A stretch of 64,000 bases of DNA from a virus. Lineage: Duplodnaviria; Caudoviricetes. The position numbers and the translations under genes were made by a program. Numbering within the stretch: the stretch's first letter is position 1; each line of letters begins with the position of its first letter. The stretch is taken from positions 1,548 to 65,547 of the IMG/VR virus record IMGVR_UViG_3300004481_000331; one strand, 5' to 3'. Positions 38,015 to 47,748 of the stretch are shown here, in pieces. The notes under the pieces were generated by a model. It made no database searches. It was not told the DNA's origin and saw only the letters and a program-made list of their open reading frames with translations.

Positions 38015-38139
38015 AGTGAAGATCAGAAAAGCAGACACACGGTCAAAAAAGCAGCACAAGGCGCACCACGGAATGGTGGTGCGCCGGGGCGGCTTGCAAG
38101 CCATCAGAAACAGCATAGTCAATCGATCAGGAGGCAAAA

Positions 38140-38397
38140 ATGAGTAACAAGCACATTGCATCAATCAAAGCCGTTTCCTACACACCTGCTGCAACTAAGA
38201 TCATGGATTCAGCTTACTCAAAACAAACGGAATGCCAAGTTGAGTTGATAATCGATGCCCGAGGCGGCAATTTGGAATTTACCATGACTGAGAAACGCTT
38301 TAATACCAATCGCTCAAGTGGCATTTATTTGGTACTCACACGTGCAGAATGGAATGCATTGAAAGAATTAATCGCTGCCGAAGGCGGCACGCTCTAA
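38140..38397 (+). CDS. Hypothetical protein
   Basis: SD AGGAGG. Confidence 0.7.
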   Translation: MSNKHIASIKAVSYTPAATKIMDSAYSKQTECQVELIIDARGGNLEFTMTEKRFNTNRSSGIYLVLTRAEWNALKELIAAEGGTL

Positions 38398-38424
38398 TCC
38401 AAATCTGATCACAGGAGACAGAAA

Positions 38425-40038
38425 ATGATCGAAGAATTAGGTACTACAACCTATTCAGCCGAAGATGACAAACTGCGCTTTACACCGAACGCTCGCCTGG
38501 GTACTGATATATTCGGCAAGTTCAGAAGTTTAGGCTTCACTTGGGCACCACGGCAAGGGCTTTTTGTGCAAGTGTGGTCGCCTGCACGTGAAGAACTTTG
38601 CCTTGATTACTCAGTAATGATCGAGGAAGAAGACATGAGCATGGCAGAGCGTGCAGATGCACGATCAGAACGCTATGCAACTTACAGCGAGAATGCTGCA
38701 CAGCGCGCAGGGCAAGCCCGAGATCGCCTTGATGCGATCACAGAAAACATTCCGCTGGGTCAACCAATCCTGGTCGGTCATCATTCAGAGCGCAGAGCGC
38801 GCAAAGATGCTGAGAAAGTACACGCCGCTGCACAAGCGCAAGTTGACGAGTTGGAGCGCGCTGATTACTGGTCTGATCGTGCCAAGCGCACCAAGATGCA
38901 TGCAAATTATCTTAGCCGCTCAGATGTGCGCTATCGGCGCATCAAAGGGCTGGAAGCTGACCTGCGCAAGTATCAGAAAGAAATCGGCAGTTTTGACAGC
39001 TACTGGATGCGCTGGCAACTCGAAACCAAAGGCATCACGGATGAAGCACTAATTGAAGCCGAGATCAGCCAAGCCAAAGAACGGCACGTCCGGCACTATG
39101 AGCAATGGATTGCACACGTGCAAGGTCGTCTGGTTTATGAGCGAGCATTGTATGATGATCAACCTACTGGTGCTGATAAAGTTGCCAAGCCTCTCGAAGT
39201 GGGCGGGATGGTTTACTGCAAACGCTTTCCAATGCGCCATCCGGGTTGGGTAGAAATTTTGAAAGTCAACAAGTACAAAGGCGAAGTGCGCAGCGTCACT
39301 GTGCCATCACAGAAAGATTGGTCGCAGTATCCTGACAAAGTTTCCTTTGAAGACATCGAAGATATCTTGACTGCATCGGAAGCCAGCGCATGCGATCACA
39401 AGCCTGACAGCAAACCAATCAAGCCGCAGGTATGGCAACCACGTGAAGAAAAGCCTGAACTGACTGAGGCAAAAGCCGCATTGAACGCTGCGCAGCAAAC
39501 TCAGGTAGTGATCGGCGGCATGGAATTGTATCCTACGCCCATGAAGGTAGTAAACCAAATGCTGGTCAAAGCACAAACTTGGCGCGATGAACCAATGCTG
39601 ATTTTAGAGCCAAGTGCTGGGGATGGGCGCATTGCCATGGCGATCAATAAGTCATCACCACAGCACACAGTTCACTGCGTAGAGCTTGACTTCGCATCCT
39701 GTCAGGTTATGCGCAATGCAGGGCTGAACGTTCAGCAAGGCGACTTTTTAGAATATGCGCCAGAAGTGATGTATGATGCAGTAATCATGAATCCGCCTTA
39801 CAGCCAGCGGCGAGACATTGCACACGTCCGGCATGCTTGGGAATTGCTGAAGCCGGGCGGTGTCCTGGTCGCATTGATCAGCGAGCATGCATTCTTCGCA
39901 CAAGACAAAGACAGCCTTTCTTTCACAGATTGGATGATCAGCGTCAATTGCCAAAACTTCAAACTGCCTGGAAACACGTTCAAAGAAAGCGGTACAATGG
40001 TTCAGGCACGCATGATCTGGACTACCAGGGAAGGATAG
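38425..40038 (+). CDS. DUF3560 + SAM-dependent amino-methyltransferase fusion
   Basis: 'IPLGQPILVGHHSERRARKD' (DUF3560); 'LEPSAGDG', 'QGDFL', 'MNPPY' methyltransferase motifs. Confidence 0.8.
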   Translation: MIEELGTTTYSAEDDKLRFTPNARLGTDIFGKFRSLGFTWAPRQGLFVQVWSPAREELCLDYSVMIEEEDMSMAERADARSERYATYSENAAQRAGQARDRLDAITENIPLGQPILVGHHSERRARKDAEKVHAAAQAQVDELERADYWSDRAKRTKMHANYLSRSDVRYRRIKGLEADLRKYQKEIGSFDSYWMRWQLETKGITDEALIEAEISQAKERHVRHYEQWIAHVQGRLVYERALYDDQPTGADKVAKPLEVGGMVYCKRFPMRHPGWVEILKVNKYKGEVRSVTVPSQKDWSQYPDKVSFEDIEDILTASEASACDHKPDSKPIKPQVWQPREEKPELTEAKAALNAAQQTQVVIGGMELYPTPMKVVNQMLVKAQTWRDEPMLILEPSAGDGRIAMAINKSSPQHTVHCVELDFASCQVMRNAGLNVQQGDFLEYAPEVMYDAVIMNPPYSQRRDIAHVRHAWELLKPGGVLVALISEHAFFAQDKDSLSFTDWMISVNCQNFKLPGNTFKESGTMVQARMIWTTREG

Positions 40039-40039
40039 G

Positions 40040-40225
40040 ATGCCTAATAAAACTGGGTATTACCAAGATGGTAATGGTTATATTCATATGGTGCTCGGAA
40101 ACGGCACAGATAGAATTATGACACTCGAGCAAATCAATGATCACCAATTGAATAAAGACAACTTGGAAAATTTTGACCTTCAAAAATATATCCAGGTTTA
40201 CTACAAAAACTATAGGAGCAAATGA
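40040..40225 (+). CDS. Hypothetical protein
   Basis: In operon. Confidence 0.5.
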   Translation: MPNKTGYYQDGNGYIHMVLGNGTDRIMTLEQINDHQLNKDNLENFDLQKYIQVYYKNYRSK

Positions 40226-40404
40226 TCATGAGAAATAAAATAAGTCACCTGACCAAAGAAGCATTGATTAACCTATTCTTATTTACCTGCGGAATGTTAT
40301 CAACCACCAAAGGCTTTACTAATATGCAGCCGGACGAAGTTGTAGATTGGGTGCTTGCATCTTGGGAAAGTTACAAAAAACCAGACATAAAAAAGGATGC
40401 TTGA
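40222..40404 (+). CDS. Hypothetical protein
   Basis: ATGA overlap; SD AGGAG. Confidence 0.55.
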   Translation: MIMRNKISHLTKEALINLFLFTCGMLSTTKGFTNMQPDEVVDWVLASWESYKKPDIKKDA

Positions 40405-40406
40405 TC

Positions 40407-40649
40407 ATGAAGAAATGGACAATAGCAAAAAACAGAAAATATAATTTTCTCGACGCGCCTGCCAAAGATTACCTTGAGTTTCAATCAGGCAGCGTGGTTG
40501 GCTTTGACACAAAAGAATTGGCGGTTGAATTTTGCAAAACCGTCCTAGGAATGTCAGATGCAGAAATCGAAGACCTGCACTTCGAGGAAGTTGAACTGCC
40601 AGATGAAGATCAAAAATATACATTCAATCCTGGTGTGAACCTAACCTGA
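40407..40649 (+). CDS. Hypothetical protein
   Basis: ATG 40407 just after the upstream stop. Confidence 0.55.
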   Translation: MKKWTIAKNRKYNFLDAPAKDYLEFQSGSVVGFDTKELAVEFCKTVLGMSDAEIEDLHFEEVELPDEDQKYTFNPGVNLT

Positions 40650-40663
40650 TAAAATGCAGAATG

Positions 40664-40706
40664 AAAAGATCAGTTTTTGTGAAAACTTCACAGAAACTGA
40701 TCTTTT
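40664..40706 (+). terminator. Stem-loop terminator
   Basis: AAAAGATCAGTTT / AAACTGATCTTTT plus inner TGTGAA / TTCACA. Confidence 0.7.
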
Positions 40707-40722
40707 TAATTCCAAAATTGGG

Positions 40723-40782
40723 GCTTGACAACTATCAGGTTATTTGATATTATTATGATAATAAAAAACAGGAGATAATAAA
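40723..40782 (+). promoter_or_regulatory. Early promoter-RBS element, copy 8
   Basis: TTGACA 40725, TATTAT 40748. Confidence 0.85.
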
Positions 40783-41184
40783 ATGTCTGACATCATTGAG
40801 TTTACTGGCGAGTTAGAAATCAAATTGGCACTAAATAATATTCGGAACATGGGCATCAATATTAGCGCAGGCAAGATCAACCGGATGGCTGTGCGCGAAT
40901 TTTATCAGTTCGGCACAAAGGTCGTGGTAATTGTCACTGATCAGCAGTTGATCAACAAGCAAATTATTGACTTATCAGTTTTCATCCAAGAACGCTCAGA
41001 GCAGCATATTTGGCAACATAATCGCATTAATAGCACCATCGGCCGAGGTGCAGTTGACTTGGAAACGCAGATCAATTGGCATCAAAAGTACGGCGCCGAA
41101 ACTGCGCAGCACATGATCGCAGGAAATGAAGTCGCCTTTCTTAATTCAATGTGGAATCTTTTTTTAGCGCAGATGGAGTCATAA
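40783..41184 (+). CDS. Hypothetical protein
   Basis: SD-led. Confidence 0.7.
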   Translation: MSDIIEFTGELEIKLALNNIRNMGINISAGKINRMAVREFYQFGTKVVVIVTDQQLINKQIIDLSVFIQERSEQHIWQHNRINSTIGRGAVDLETQINWHQKYGAETAQHMIAGNEVAFLNSMWNLFLAQMES

Positions 41185-41185
41185 C

Positions 41186-41476
41186 ATGAGCAAAACTTAT
41201 CTGATACCGTTAATTGTCGCAAAGTGTCCTGGATGCAGTTCACACCTGAAAGCAGTGGTCACGGACTTAAAAAATGGTAATACATGCATGGCACTTAGTT
41301 GCGCGAATGAACCAAGTACTGAAGCAGCATGGTATCTTTGGTCATTGGTGCATGCAGAAGCATTGGGTGACTTTGAAGGTAATGTTGCACCGCTTATACC
41401 TGCAATCATTGAGTGGATTGAATGGGCAAATATAAGTAAAAAGCTGCAAATACCTAAAAATCCAAGGTTGAATTGA
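41186..41476 (+). CDS. Hypothetical protein (CPGC...C motif)
   Basis: SD GGAG. Confidence 0.6.
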   Translation: MSKTYLIPLIVAKCPGCSSHLKAVVTDLKNGNTCMALSCANEPSTEAAWYLWSLVHAEALGDFEGNVAPLIPAIIEWIEWANISKKLQIPKNPRLN

Positions 41477-41491
41477 TCGATCAGTAAAAAG

Positions 41492-41526
41492 AAGCCCGCC
41501 TACTGGCAAGGTCAGCAGGCGGGTTT
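41492..41526. terminator. Terminator between convergent units
   Basis: AAGCCCGCCT / AGGCGGGTTT stem. Confidence 0.6.
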
Positions 41527-41567
41527 GCCTCAGCCCAGGAGGAGCCGGGGCAACTAAAAGTATAGCA

Positions 41568-42266
41568 TCATTTCTCGGAAACTTCAAGTAGCACTTCTGT
41601 AATCATTCTATTCAACCGATCAAGCAAGTCAGTCAGTTCAAGACGTGTGTCATCGTTAATTGGGATGCATGCGAGATTACTGCGTAAGTATTCAGCCATG
41701 CACTGCGCATCCTGCAGCATATTCCGGTATTCGATTACTCGCGCTGGCTCGCTATCTTCATCATCTTCAACTTGTGACTGATCATTGGAATAACTTTGAT
41801 CATTACCAAACTCAGGCATTTCTTCAGAATTGCGCTGGTAAATGTCACCTTGCAAAGCCGTCCACAACCAAGCCACTGAAGGTGTCTTACCTGTCTCTCT
41901 TGCACGTGCTAAAGACATATCAAGAACAGTTTCTTTTTTGTCATCGCCCATTGAACGTGCAAACTCAAAGTGCGAGAAAGGCAGGTCGGAATACTTCATG
42001 CGCAATTCTGACACATAACTATGCGCAAGGTCAGCCCATGCCCTAATAGTACGTGCCGCTACTTCCTGGTTCAGACATTCAGCCATGAAAGAATAGACAT
42101 CTTCCCGGGAAACTGGCAAGAGGCGATCATCACACAGTACTTTGATACTATTGGTAATATCACCAATTTGCCAGCGATCAGCCTTCCAGTTGAATGCTAT
42201 TGCATGCAGCACATCGATTAACTCATCTGGTACTGCTGAATAAATCAAACTAATTCCTGTTCTCAT
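41568..42266 (-). CDS. Hypothetical protein (replication operon)
   Basis: Start refined to 42266 (SD AGGGAG, ATGA overlap). Confidence 0.6.
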   Translation of the reverse strand: MRTGISLIYSAVPDELIDVLHAIAFNWKADRWQIGDITNSIKVLCDDRLLPVSREDVYSFMAECLNQEVAARTIRAWADLAHSYVSELRMKYSDLPFSHFEFARSMGDDKKETVLDMSLARARETGKTPSVAWLWTALQGDIYQRNSEEMPEFGNDQSYSNDQSQVEDDEDSEPARVIEYRNMLQDAQCMAEYLRSNLACIPINDDTRLELTDLLDRLNRMITEVLLEVSEK

Positions 42267-42745
42267 GAGATTACTCCCTTCGGTAAATTTACTGCAGGTG
42301 CAGGCATAAGTTTCGCCTGCCGTTCCACACGTTCCCAGCGAGCGCAAATTAAATCCATGGTGATCATAGGCAACCGGTCAGCTTGCAGTTTGTGCAGTTC
42401 TTTTTGATCAGTAAGCGCATAATTCAAAACTGCCCTGACTTCGGCAATGAATTCCGGGCGCATCTTTTCTTCTTTCCACGCACAACCCATCCAGCGATAA
42501 AGCGAATTCCACTCAGTTGGCGATAACTCGCTAGAATGCATCGGGCGAAGAACAGCATGCTCAGACAACAGTACCCAACCCCAAACTAATTGGCGATTGG
42601 TTTCAGTAATTTCTGGCTGCGCATGTTTGAGCGCAAGATTGAACGCGCCAACTACACCACCTTGCACACCCTTGGAAAATTCAGTCGGTGTAGGGCACTT
42701 AGCATAGTATTGACACCACTTCCTGATCACCAATGGATTATTCAT
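42263..42745 (-). CDS. Hypothetical protein
   Basis: In operon. Confidence 0.6.
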   Translation of the reverse strand: MNNPLVIRKWCQYYAKCPTPTEFSKGVQGGVVGAFNLALKHAQPEITETNRQLVWGWVLLSEHAVLRPMHSSELSPTEWNSLYRWMGCAWKEEKMRPEFIAEVRAVLNYALTDQKELHKLQADRLPMITMDLICARWERVERQAKLMPAPAVNLPKGVIS

Positions 42746-42748
42746 GAT

Positions 42749-42973
42749 TCACACACTATTTCCAGGTATCACGTATCCAGACGGCAATGCAATGAAAAAA
42801 GTGTACCGTCCTGGCTTACTACCTTGCTTCTTGTAGACCTTGATTGGTTTCACGCCAAAGCGTTCAAAATATGACTGCGCAGCACCTTCAAAACTTGTCT
42901 CACAGATATATTGAATATATTGCTTTAAATCCATTTGCTTTGCACTTTGAATATCTACAACTACGCATTCCAT
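42749..42973 (-). CDS. Hypothetical protein
   Basis: SD AGGAG before ATG 42973. Confidence 0.55.
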   Translation of the reverse strand: MECVVVDIQSAKQMDLKQYIQYICETSFEGAAQSYFERFGVKPIKVYKKQGSKPGRYTFFIALPSGYVIPGNSV

Positions 42974-42983
42974 AACTGTACTC

Positions 42984-43373
42984 CTAAAATAAGCGCAACT
43001 GAATGCTAAAGACCTGATGCACAAGATCGCGCCAGTCATCTGCGAATTTATACTGCTCCGGATTTCCTTTGATAATCATCAAGAACATTGCATGAGTGAT
43101 TTCTTCTATCTCATCATCTAAAGACGTTCCGTAGTAATAAGACGACATTGAATCAAGGTCATCTTCGTCTGCAATGTCTGGATGAGTGATCGCTGCCAAA
43201 TGCTCAATTTCAAGGCGTAATGGCATGCCGATCAATAAAGTTATTTCTTCCCAATGTCGCTCCCGCAAATAATATTCCAGACGTTCCAACCATTCTGTGG
43301 AACCTTTATCTTTTGCACGTGCAAAGTGCATGCCAGCAGTTTTTTTGATCACCTCCTCAGTAATGGTATTCAT
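42984..43373 (-). CDS. Hypothetical protein
   Basis: ATGA overlap with dnaB. Confidence 0.6.
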   Translation of the reverse strand: MNTITEEVIKKTAGMHFARAKDKGSTEWLERLEYYLRERHWEEITLLIGMPLRLEIEHLAAITHPDIADEDDLDSMSSYYYGTSLDDEIEEITHAMFLMIIKGNPEQYKFADDWRDLVHQVFSIQLRLF

Positions 43374-44725
43374 ACGTTTAGTTTGACTTGCACCGCTGAG
43401 TGAAAGATTGGATAATGATTGTCTGCTAGAAGTTCAATCGTAGCAAGTTGTTCCAAGTCCCTGGCTTTGACAAAGATCAGTTTTACCAGTGGCATAATAT
43501 TGGTTCGATTAGCCAACTGCGATTGCTCATCCGATGGTGGAATGATAAAAGCAATCAGATCGGCGTCATGAATCAACTGACCACTGCCACGCAAGTTTTT
43601 CTTCAAAGCGGCTAAACTTGATGCATCCATGCCTTCTTTGACCACGGAATTGACTACGATCAATGAAACATTTTCTTCTTTAGCAATAACACGCAAGCCT
43701 TTAGAAATACGCGCACTGCGCTCTGTGTCATCAAGTTTCTCAAAGCCACTCATAAGAAACAAATAGTCAACCAGGACAAGATCAAGTTCACCATTATTTT
43801 GTGCCTTCAACCTTACAATATCCGCTCTCAGTTCATTAATAGTTAATTCTGATGCATCACTCACAAATAAATTAGTTGGTGATAAGTTTCCAATTTCATT
43901 GACCAGCACCGCCCACTCATCGGCTTCTAAGTCACCCGATCTTAGATGTCTGGTCGAGATACGTGCAGCCCCCGAGATCAAACGGCGAATAACTGCCAGC
44001 TCTGACATTTCAAGGCTATAGATAGCCACACTTCGCCCACCATTTCTTGGTAAAGCTGCCTGCAAGCCAATCTGAAGCATTAATTTTGACTTGCCTGCTC
44101 CTGGCTCACCTGCAAGATAAAATACCTCGCCTTTCTGCAAACCGCCAGTATATGCGTCTAAATCAATAAAGCCAGTCAAAATACTTGACGACACTTCGCC
44201 AGCTTCTTTGGCACGCACTTTTTCTGCTATGTCATCAAGCAAAGCGGTTAACGCTTTAGAAATATGTCTTGCGGCTTTTTTGGGTTGACTAAAAGTTGTC
44301 AATGCGCTGGCTGCGTCAAGCACAACTTGCTGCAAGTCATCACTGCCGGCATATGCAGCGTTGACTATATCATTAGCCACCCTGATATAGTGCCTACGGC
44401 TTGCACAGAGTTTAATGATCGTAGCATATTGTTCTGCGTGCAAAGAAGAAGGACAGTCATTGATCATGCCAGTGATATAAGCCGGGCCTCCAATCTCAGC
44501 CAGCCGCCCTTGCAATTCCAGTTCATTTGTCAGTGTGACAAAATCTACAATCTCATTCCGATCAATGAGGCGCATGATTGCCTCATAGATAAATTGGTTG
44601 CGAATTATATAAAAATCTGATGGTTCAATTACCAGTGATCGTGCTGTGTCTGGATTGATCAATAAAGCCCCGATCAATGCATTCTCAGCATCTTTATTAT
44701 ATGGTGTGCTGATCAAGTCATCCAT
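43370..44725 (-). CDS. dnaB: DnaB-like replicative helicase
   Basis: N-terminal 'AENALIGALL'; Walker A GEPGAGKS; YSLEMS; LVLVDYL; LRGSGQL.HDAD. Confidence 0.92.
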   Translation of the reverse strand: MDDLISTPYNKDAENALIGALLINPDTARSLVIEPSDFYIIRNQFIYEAIMRLIDRNEIVDFVTLTNELELQGRLAEIGGPAYITGMINDCPSSLHAEQYATIIKLCASRRHYIRVANDIVNAAYAGSDDLQQVVLDAASALTTFSQPKKAARHISKALTALLDDIAEKVRAKEAGEVSSSILTGFIDLDAYTGGLQKGEVFYLAGEPGAGKSKLMLQIGLQAALPRNGGRSVAIYSLEMSELAVIRRLISGAARISTRHLRSGDLEADEWAVLVNEIGNLSPTNLFVSDASELTINELRADIVRLKAQNNGELDLVLVDYLFLMSGFEKLDDTERSARISKGLRVIAKEENVSLIVVNSVVKEGMDASSLAALKKNLRGSGQLIHDADLIAFIIPPSDEQSQLANRTNIMPLVKLIFVKARDLEQLATIELLADNHYPIFHSAVQVKLNV

Positions 44726-45653
44726 TGCCATTGCTCCTGAATACTGGCGGTATATTTCCACGTGGTGAAGTCGCTTTTTTTGCTATGGTATCCCTTGCTG
44801 TGTTAGTGATCGATTGAGGCCCTGCTATGGTCAGTTCATCTTTGCGCATCCTTTCAATTGTCATTTTGACAATTTCTGAAGTGATTCCTGTGTCACGCCA
44901 CATCTGAAGCACCTTTATCCAAAGCGAGTGCTCTTTTTTGGTCGGGTAATATGTCACACCCGCATTCTGACAAAAAGCACTCGCCAATGGTCGCAGGTCT
45001 TCAGACAACCACGAGAAATCAAGCGCACCGTTCGCTCGCTTTTCTTCATGCGCCTGCAATGCTGCAAGTGTGCGCGCTCTCGCCTCGTCTGCCGTTCTTG
45101 GTGGTTTAGAATGCACACGGTCAGGCGCACTTGCCTGACCATGTTTTAAGTCTAATGCTGTAGTCTCTGATTCATTTAATGAATCTGAAGTTTCTTCAAT
45201 TTGCGAATTGAAGTTTTTTGAATTCGCTTTAGTTCGCGAATTGAAGTTTCTTAAATTCGCCTTGCTTTGTCCAGTTTGCTGATCTTGATCATGCGCAGTA
45301 ACTTCAAGCATCCAATCAGTTAATTTACTGATGTCTATCCGGTAATGAGTGCGAGTAATATTATCCCCATTAGTACAAGCCACTTTAGTTTGAAGCACAT
45401 CACGCAGTATCTTAGTTGCCCTTTTTACTTGATAATACGATAATCCAAGTTCTTCATTCCAGTCGTCTTCGGTCTTATAAAACCAACCATCAGGGTCTTT
45501 TGTCTTGTCTGCCCAGTAAATGCACTGACTAAGTAAAAGTGCGCTCGTATGATCATTGCCAGTCATCTGCAAGAACAAGCGAGGGATGGTCAAAATATTA
45601 GATTGTCCTGTCAAGCTGGCGATCAGTGAAAAAATTTGCTTTTGTGTTGACAT
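44718..45653 (-). CDS. Replication initiator (lambda O / replisome organiser-like)
   Basis: N-terminal wHTH 'ALLLSQCIYW...GWFYKTEDDWNEELGLS'; upstream of dnaB; internal iterons. Confidence 0.75.
   Translation of the reverse strand: MSTQKQIFSLIASLTGQSNILTIPRLFLQMTGNDHTSALLLSQCIYWADKTKDPDGWFYKTEDDWNEELGLSYYQVKRATKILRDVLQTKVACTNGDNITRTHYRIDISKLTDWMLEVTAHDQDQQTGQSKANLRNFNSRTKANSKNFNSQIEETSDSLNESETTALDLKHGQASAPDRVHSKPPRTADEARARTLAALQAHEEKRANGALDFSWLSEDLRPLASAFCQNAGVTYYPTKKEHSLWIKVLQMWRDTGITSEIVKMTIERMRKDELTIAGPQSITNTARDTIAKKATSPRGNIPPVFRSNGNG
45181..45260. repeat. Iteron-like repeats (candidate origin)
   Basis: GCGAATTGAAGTTTTTTGAATTCGC (45203) and GCGAATTGAAGTTTCTTAAATTCGC (45236); degenerate third copy at 45181. 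Confidence 0.65.
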
Positions 45654-45660
45654 AAAATAA

Positions 45661-45763
45661 AACGTCCTTTCCACTTATCAGTCGGTCATCAGACATAGGA
45701 ATAAATGCCTTGGCGGGGCATCGGGCAAAAACCGATGACCGCCTGATAAGTATCAAGGACGTT
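45661..45763 (-). promoter_or_regulatory. Structured 5' leader of the initiator gene
   Basis: 30-nt arms 45661-45690 / 45734-45763, including the SD. Confidence 0.6.
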
Positions 45764-45825
45764 CTTCCCTATGTTTATTTGCCCAAGTTTGTCAAAGAGC
45801 TAAGCGGTTGCCGAGCCGCATGATC

Positions 45826-45854
45826 ATTATAGCATAATAGTATTACTGGGTCAA
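45826..45854 (-). promoter_or_regulatory. Promoter of the replication operon
   Basis: TTGACC, N17, TGn-TATAAT. Confidence 0.7.
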
Positions 45855-45937
45855 CTGCTGTCTATCCTTGCATGCATATTATAACATAGGTTGGACATAA
45901 TAATATTGTCTAATTCTGCCAATATTCGGAAATTGGG

Positions 45938-45998
45938 GCTTGACATTAGTATTATATTATGATATTATTATGTTATCGAAGCACACAGGAGACAGAAA
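45938..45998 (+). promoter_or_regulatory. Early promoter-RBS element, copy 9
   Basis: TTGACA 45940, TATTAT 45963. Confidence 0.85.
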
Positions 45999-46292
45999 AT
46001 GATTACCCAACACGCACAAGAAAGAATAAATAATCGGTTCGCAAAATTGCTAAATCCTTCAGAAATCGCATGGATGAGCAGCACAGCCGAGAATTACAAG
46101 ACCGAGAGCAAGACATATTTGGTGACAAAGAAGTTCAGTAACAAAGTTGAGACACGGGATGCAGATGGACATTGGTGCCGTGGTGATGTAGTAGTCGCAG
46201 TAGTGCGCAGCCGCAAAGTTATCACAGTCATTTTAGTCAACAAAGAACGCAATGATTATTACTCAGACGGCAAATTAATTGACCTGCAATAA
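45999..46292 (+). CDS. Hypothetical protein (T.HA.ER motif, DUF4258-like)
   Basis: ITQHAQERI...VVAVV...VITV. Confidence 0.6.
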   Translation: MITQHAQERINNRFAKLLNPSEIAWMSSTAENYKTESKTYLVTKKFSNKVETRDADGHWCRGDVVVAVVRSRKVITVILVNKERNDYYSDGKLIDLQ

Positions 46293-46305
46293 AGGAAAAA
46301 ATATC

Positions 46306-46512
46306 ATGAATGAAGCAATCAGCAATTTGATCGTACAAGCAAAAGTAGAAGCGCATAATTATGCCTGCGCTTATCCTTGCTCTGATGCAATTCGCCCTGC
46401 AATTGAAGCGCAGCATTTTGTGCGCCTGATCAATGATGCATTATCCACAATCAAAGACGTAGCCACCGAGTATGCTTATAATGCAATTTTGGGAATTTCT
46501 CGGGAAGAATAA
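46306..46512 (+). CDS. Hypothetical protein
   Basis: SD AAGGA. Confidence 0.6.
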   Translation: MNEAISNLIVQAKVEAHNYACAYPCSDAIRPAIEAQHFVRLINDALSTIKDVATEYAYNAILGISREE

Positions 46513-46514
46513 TC

Positions 46515-46811
46515 ATGGCATACACCGCTGATATGATCAAAGAAAAACTGCAAACCAATCAGGCATGGTTGGAGCGTGCAGTGATCGCAATCTACGAGTA
46601 TCAGACCGAGCATGAGCAGCAAGTCGAGGTCACTGAAGAATACAACAAAGTTGGTTTCTCAGCCGCTGATGCAAATTACCTTTCCTATATCGCCACTTGG
46701 TTGAACAGTGGCAAGCACTTGTCAGGCACGCATCTTCAAAAAGTGCGCGGACGCATGATCAAGTATTCCGGTCAACTGGCTCGCATAGCAAATGGCGAGC
46801 AATCCAATTGA
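46515..46811 (+). CDS. Conserved phage hypothetical protein
   Basis: In operon. Confidence 0.65.
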   Translation: MAYTADMIKEKLQTNQAWLERAVIAIYEYQTEHEQQVEVTEEYNKVGFSAADANYLSYIATWLNSGKHLSGTHLQKVRGRMIKYSGQLARIANGEQSN

Positions 46812-46823
46812 GTGATAATTTGG

Positions 46824-46884
46824 GCTTGACAGTCATCTTATATCGTGATATTATTATGACATAAAACAACAGGAGACAGTAAAC
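46824..46884 (+). promoter_or_regulatory. Early promoter-RBS element, copy 10
   Basis: TTGACA 46826, TATTAT 46849. Confidence 0.85.
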
Positions 46885-47085
46885 ATGATCAGTCCTAAAA
46901 CTCCAGAAGGTTGGGCAACAAAGATGGCAAAAAATAGTTCATATTGGAAAATGCCTGATGAAGAATTCGCCAATGAAGTGCATGATCTATTGGTAGAGAA
47001 GTATGGAAACACATTGACAAGTGACCAGTTAACTGATGTCATCCAGTCAGCAATTCAGCAACGCAAAGAACTCACGGAGTGCTAG
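46885..47085 (+). CDS. Hypothetical protein
   Basis: SD-led. Confidence 0.7.
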   Translation: MISPKTPEGWATKMAKNSSYWKMPDEEFANEVHDLLVEKYGNTLTSDQLTDVIQSAIQQRKELTEC

Positions 47086-47086
47086 C

Positions 47087-47272
47087 ATGAAGAAAATTGG
47101 ATTGTCAATCTTACCTGCAGAAATTCAGCGTACGATCAAAGCCGACCTGTCAAAGTACAAATTTGTTTCTCATGAGTGGGCTTGGTACTTTTGGAGCACA
47201 AATAATAAGGCTAAGGCGATCAGGTTCGCAAAAAACAACTCAGATTATTATCTAGTGGATATGGAGGCATAA
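47087..47272 (+). CDS. Hypothetical protein
   Basis: SD GGAG before ATG 47087. Confidence 0.6.
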   Translation: MKKIGLSILPAEIQRTIKADLSKYKFVSHEWAWYFWSTNNKAKAIRFAKNNSDYYLVDMEA

Positions 47273-47273
47273 G

Positions 47274-47474
47274 ATGACACACAGCATCCAAGTTGTTGAA
47301 GTGAAGTCAAAGCATGATGATTACTGCAATGGTTGTGGCGCCCATGAGTTCGAGAAAGGCACTCGTTTCTTTGACTTACGCGTGACAGCCGGAAGTAATA
47401 CAATGATCACTCGCCTTTGCGAGCGGTGCATGGTCGCCCTGCAGAGCGAAGTCAGTAAGTTTGAGTTGAAGTGA
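47274..47474 (+). CDS. Zn-finger protein (CNGC...CERC)
   Basis: SD GGAGG. Confidence 0.65.
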   Translation: MTHSIQVVEVKSKHDDYCNGCGAHEFEKGTRFFDLRVTAGSNTMITRLCERCMVALQSEVSKFELK

Positions 47475-47484
47475 GGAGTATTCA

Positions 47485-47748
47485 ATGATCAAAAAAGATG
47501 GCATGAAGTTATGGGAATGCGCGTATATATTGACAAACCAATTTTCACGCAGAACAGACCGCTGGATTGATTACTACGAGTCAACTACACCAATCGCCAT
47601 CAGAGTACCGCAACAGCATTGGGATCGTATTAATCCGGGCGGCTATGTGGTGAGTGAGTTCACCTGCAAAGAAGCCAGCGATAATATCAATCCGCATGAC
47701 TGCCAGATGCATATCATAGAGCGAATAAGTAAAGGATTGCTCGCATGA
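47485..47748 (+). CDS. Hypothetical protein
   Basis: SD GAGGAG. Confidence 0.65.
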   Translation: MIKKDGMKLWECAYILTNQFSRRTDRWIDYYESTTPIAIRVPQQHWDRINPGGYVVSEFTCKEASDNINPHDCQMHIIERISKGLLA

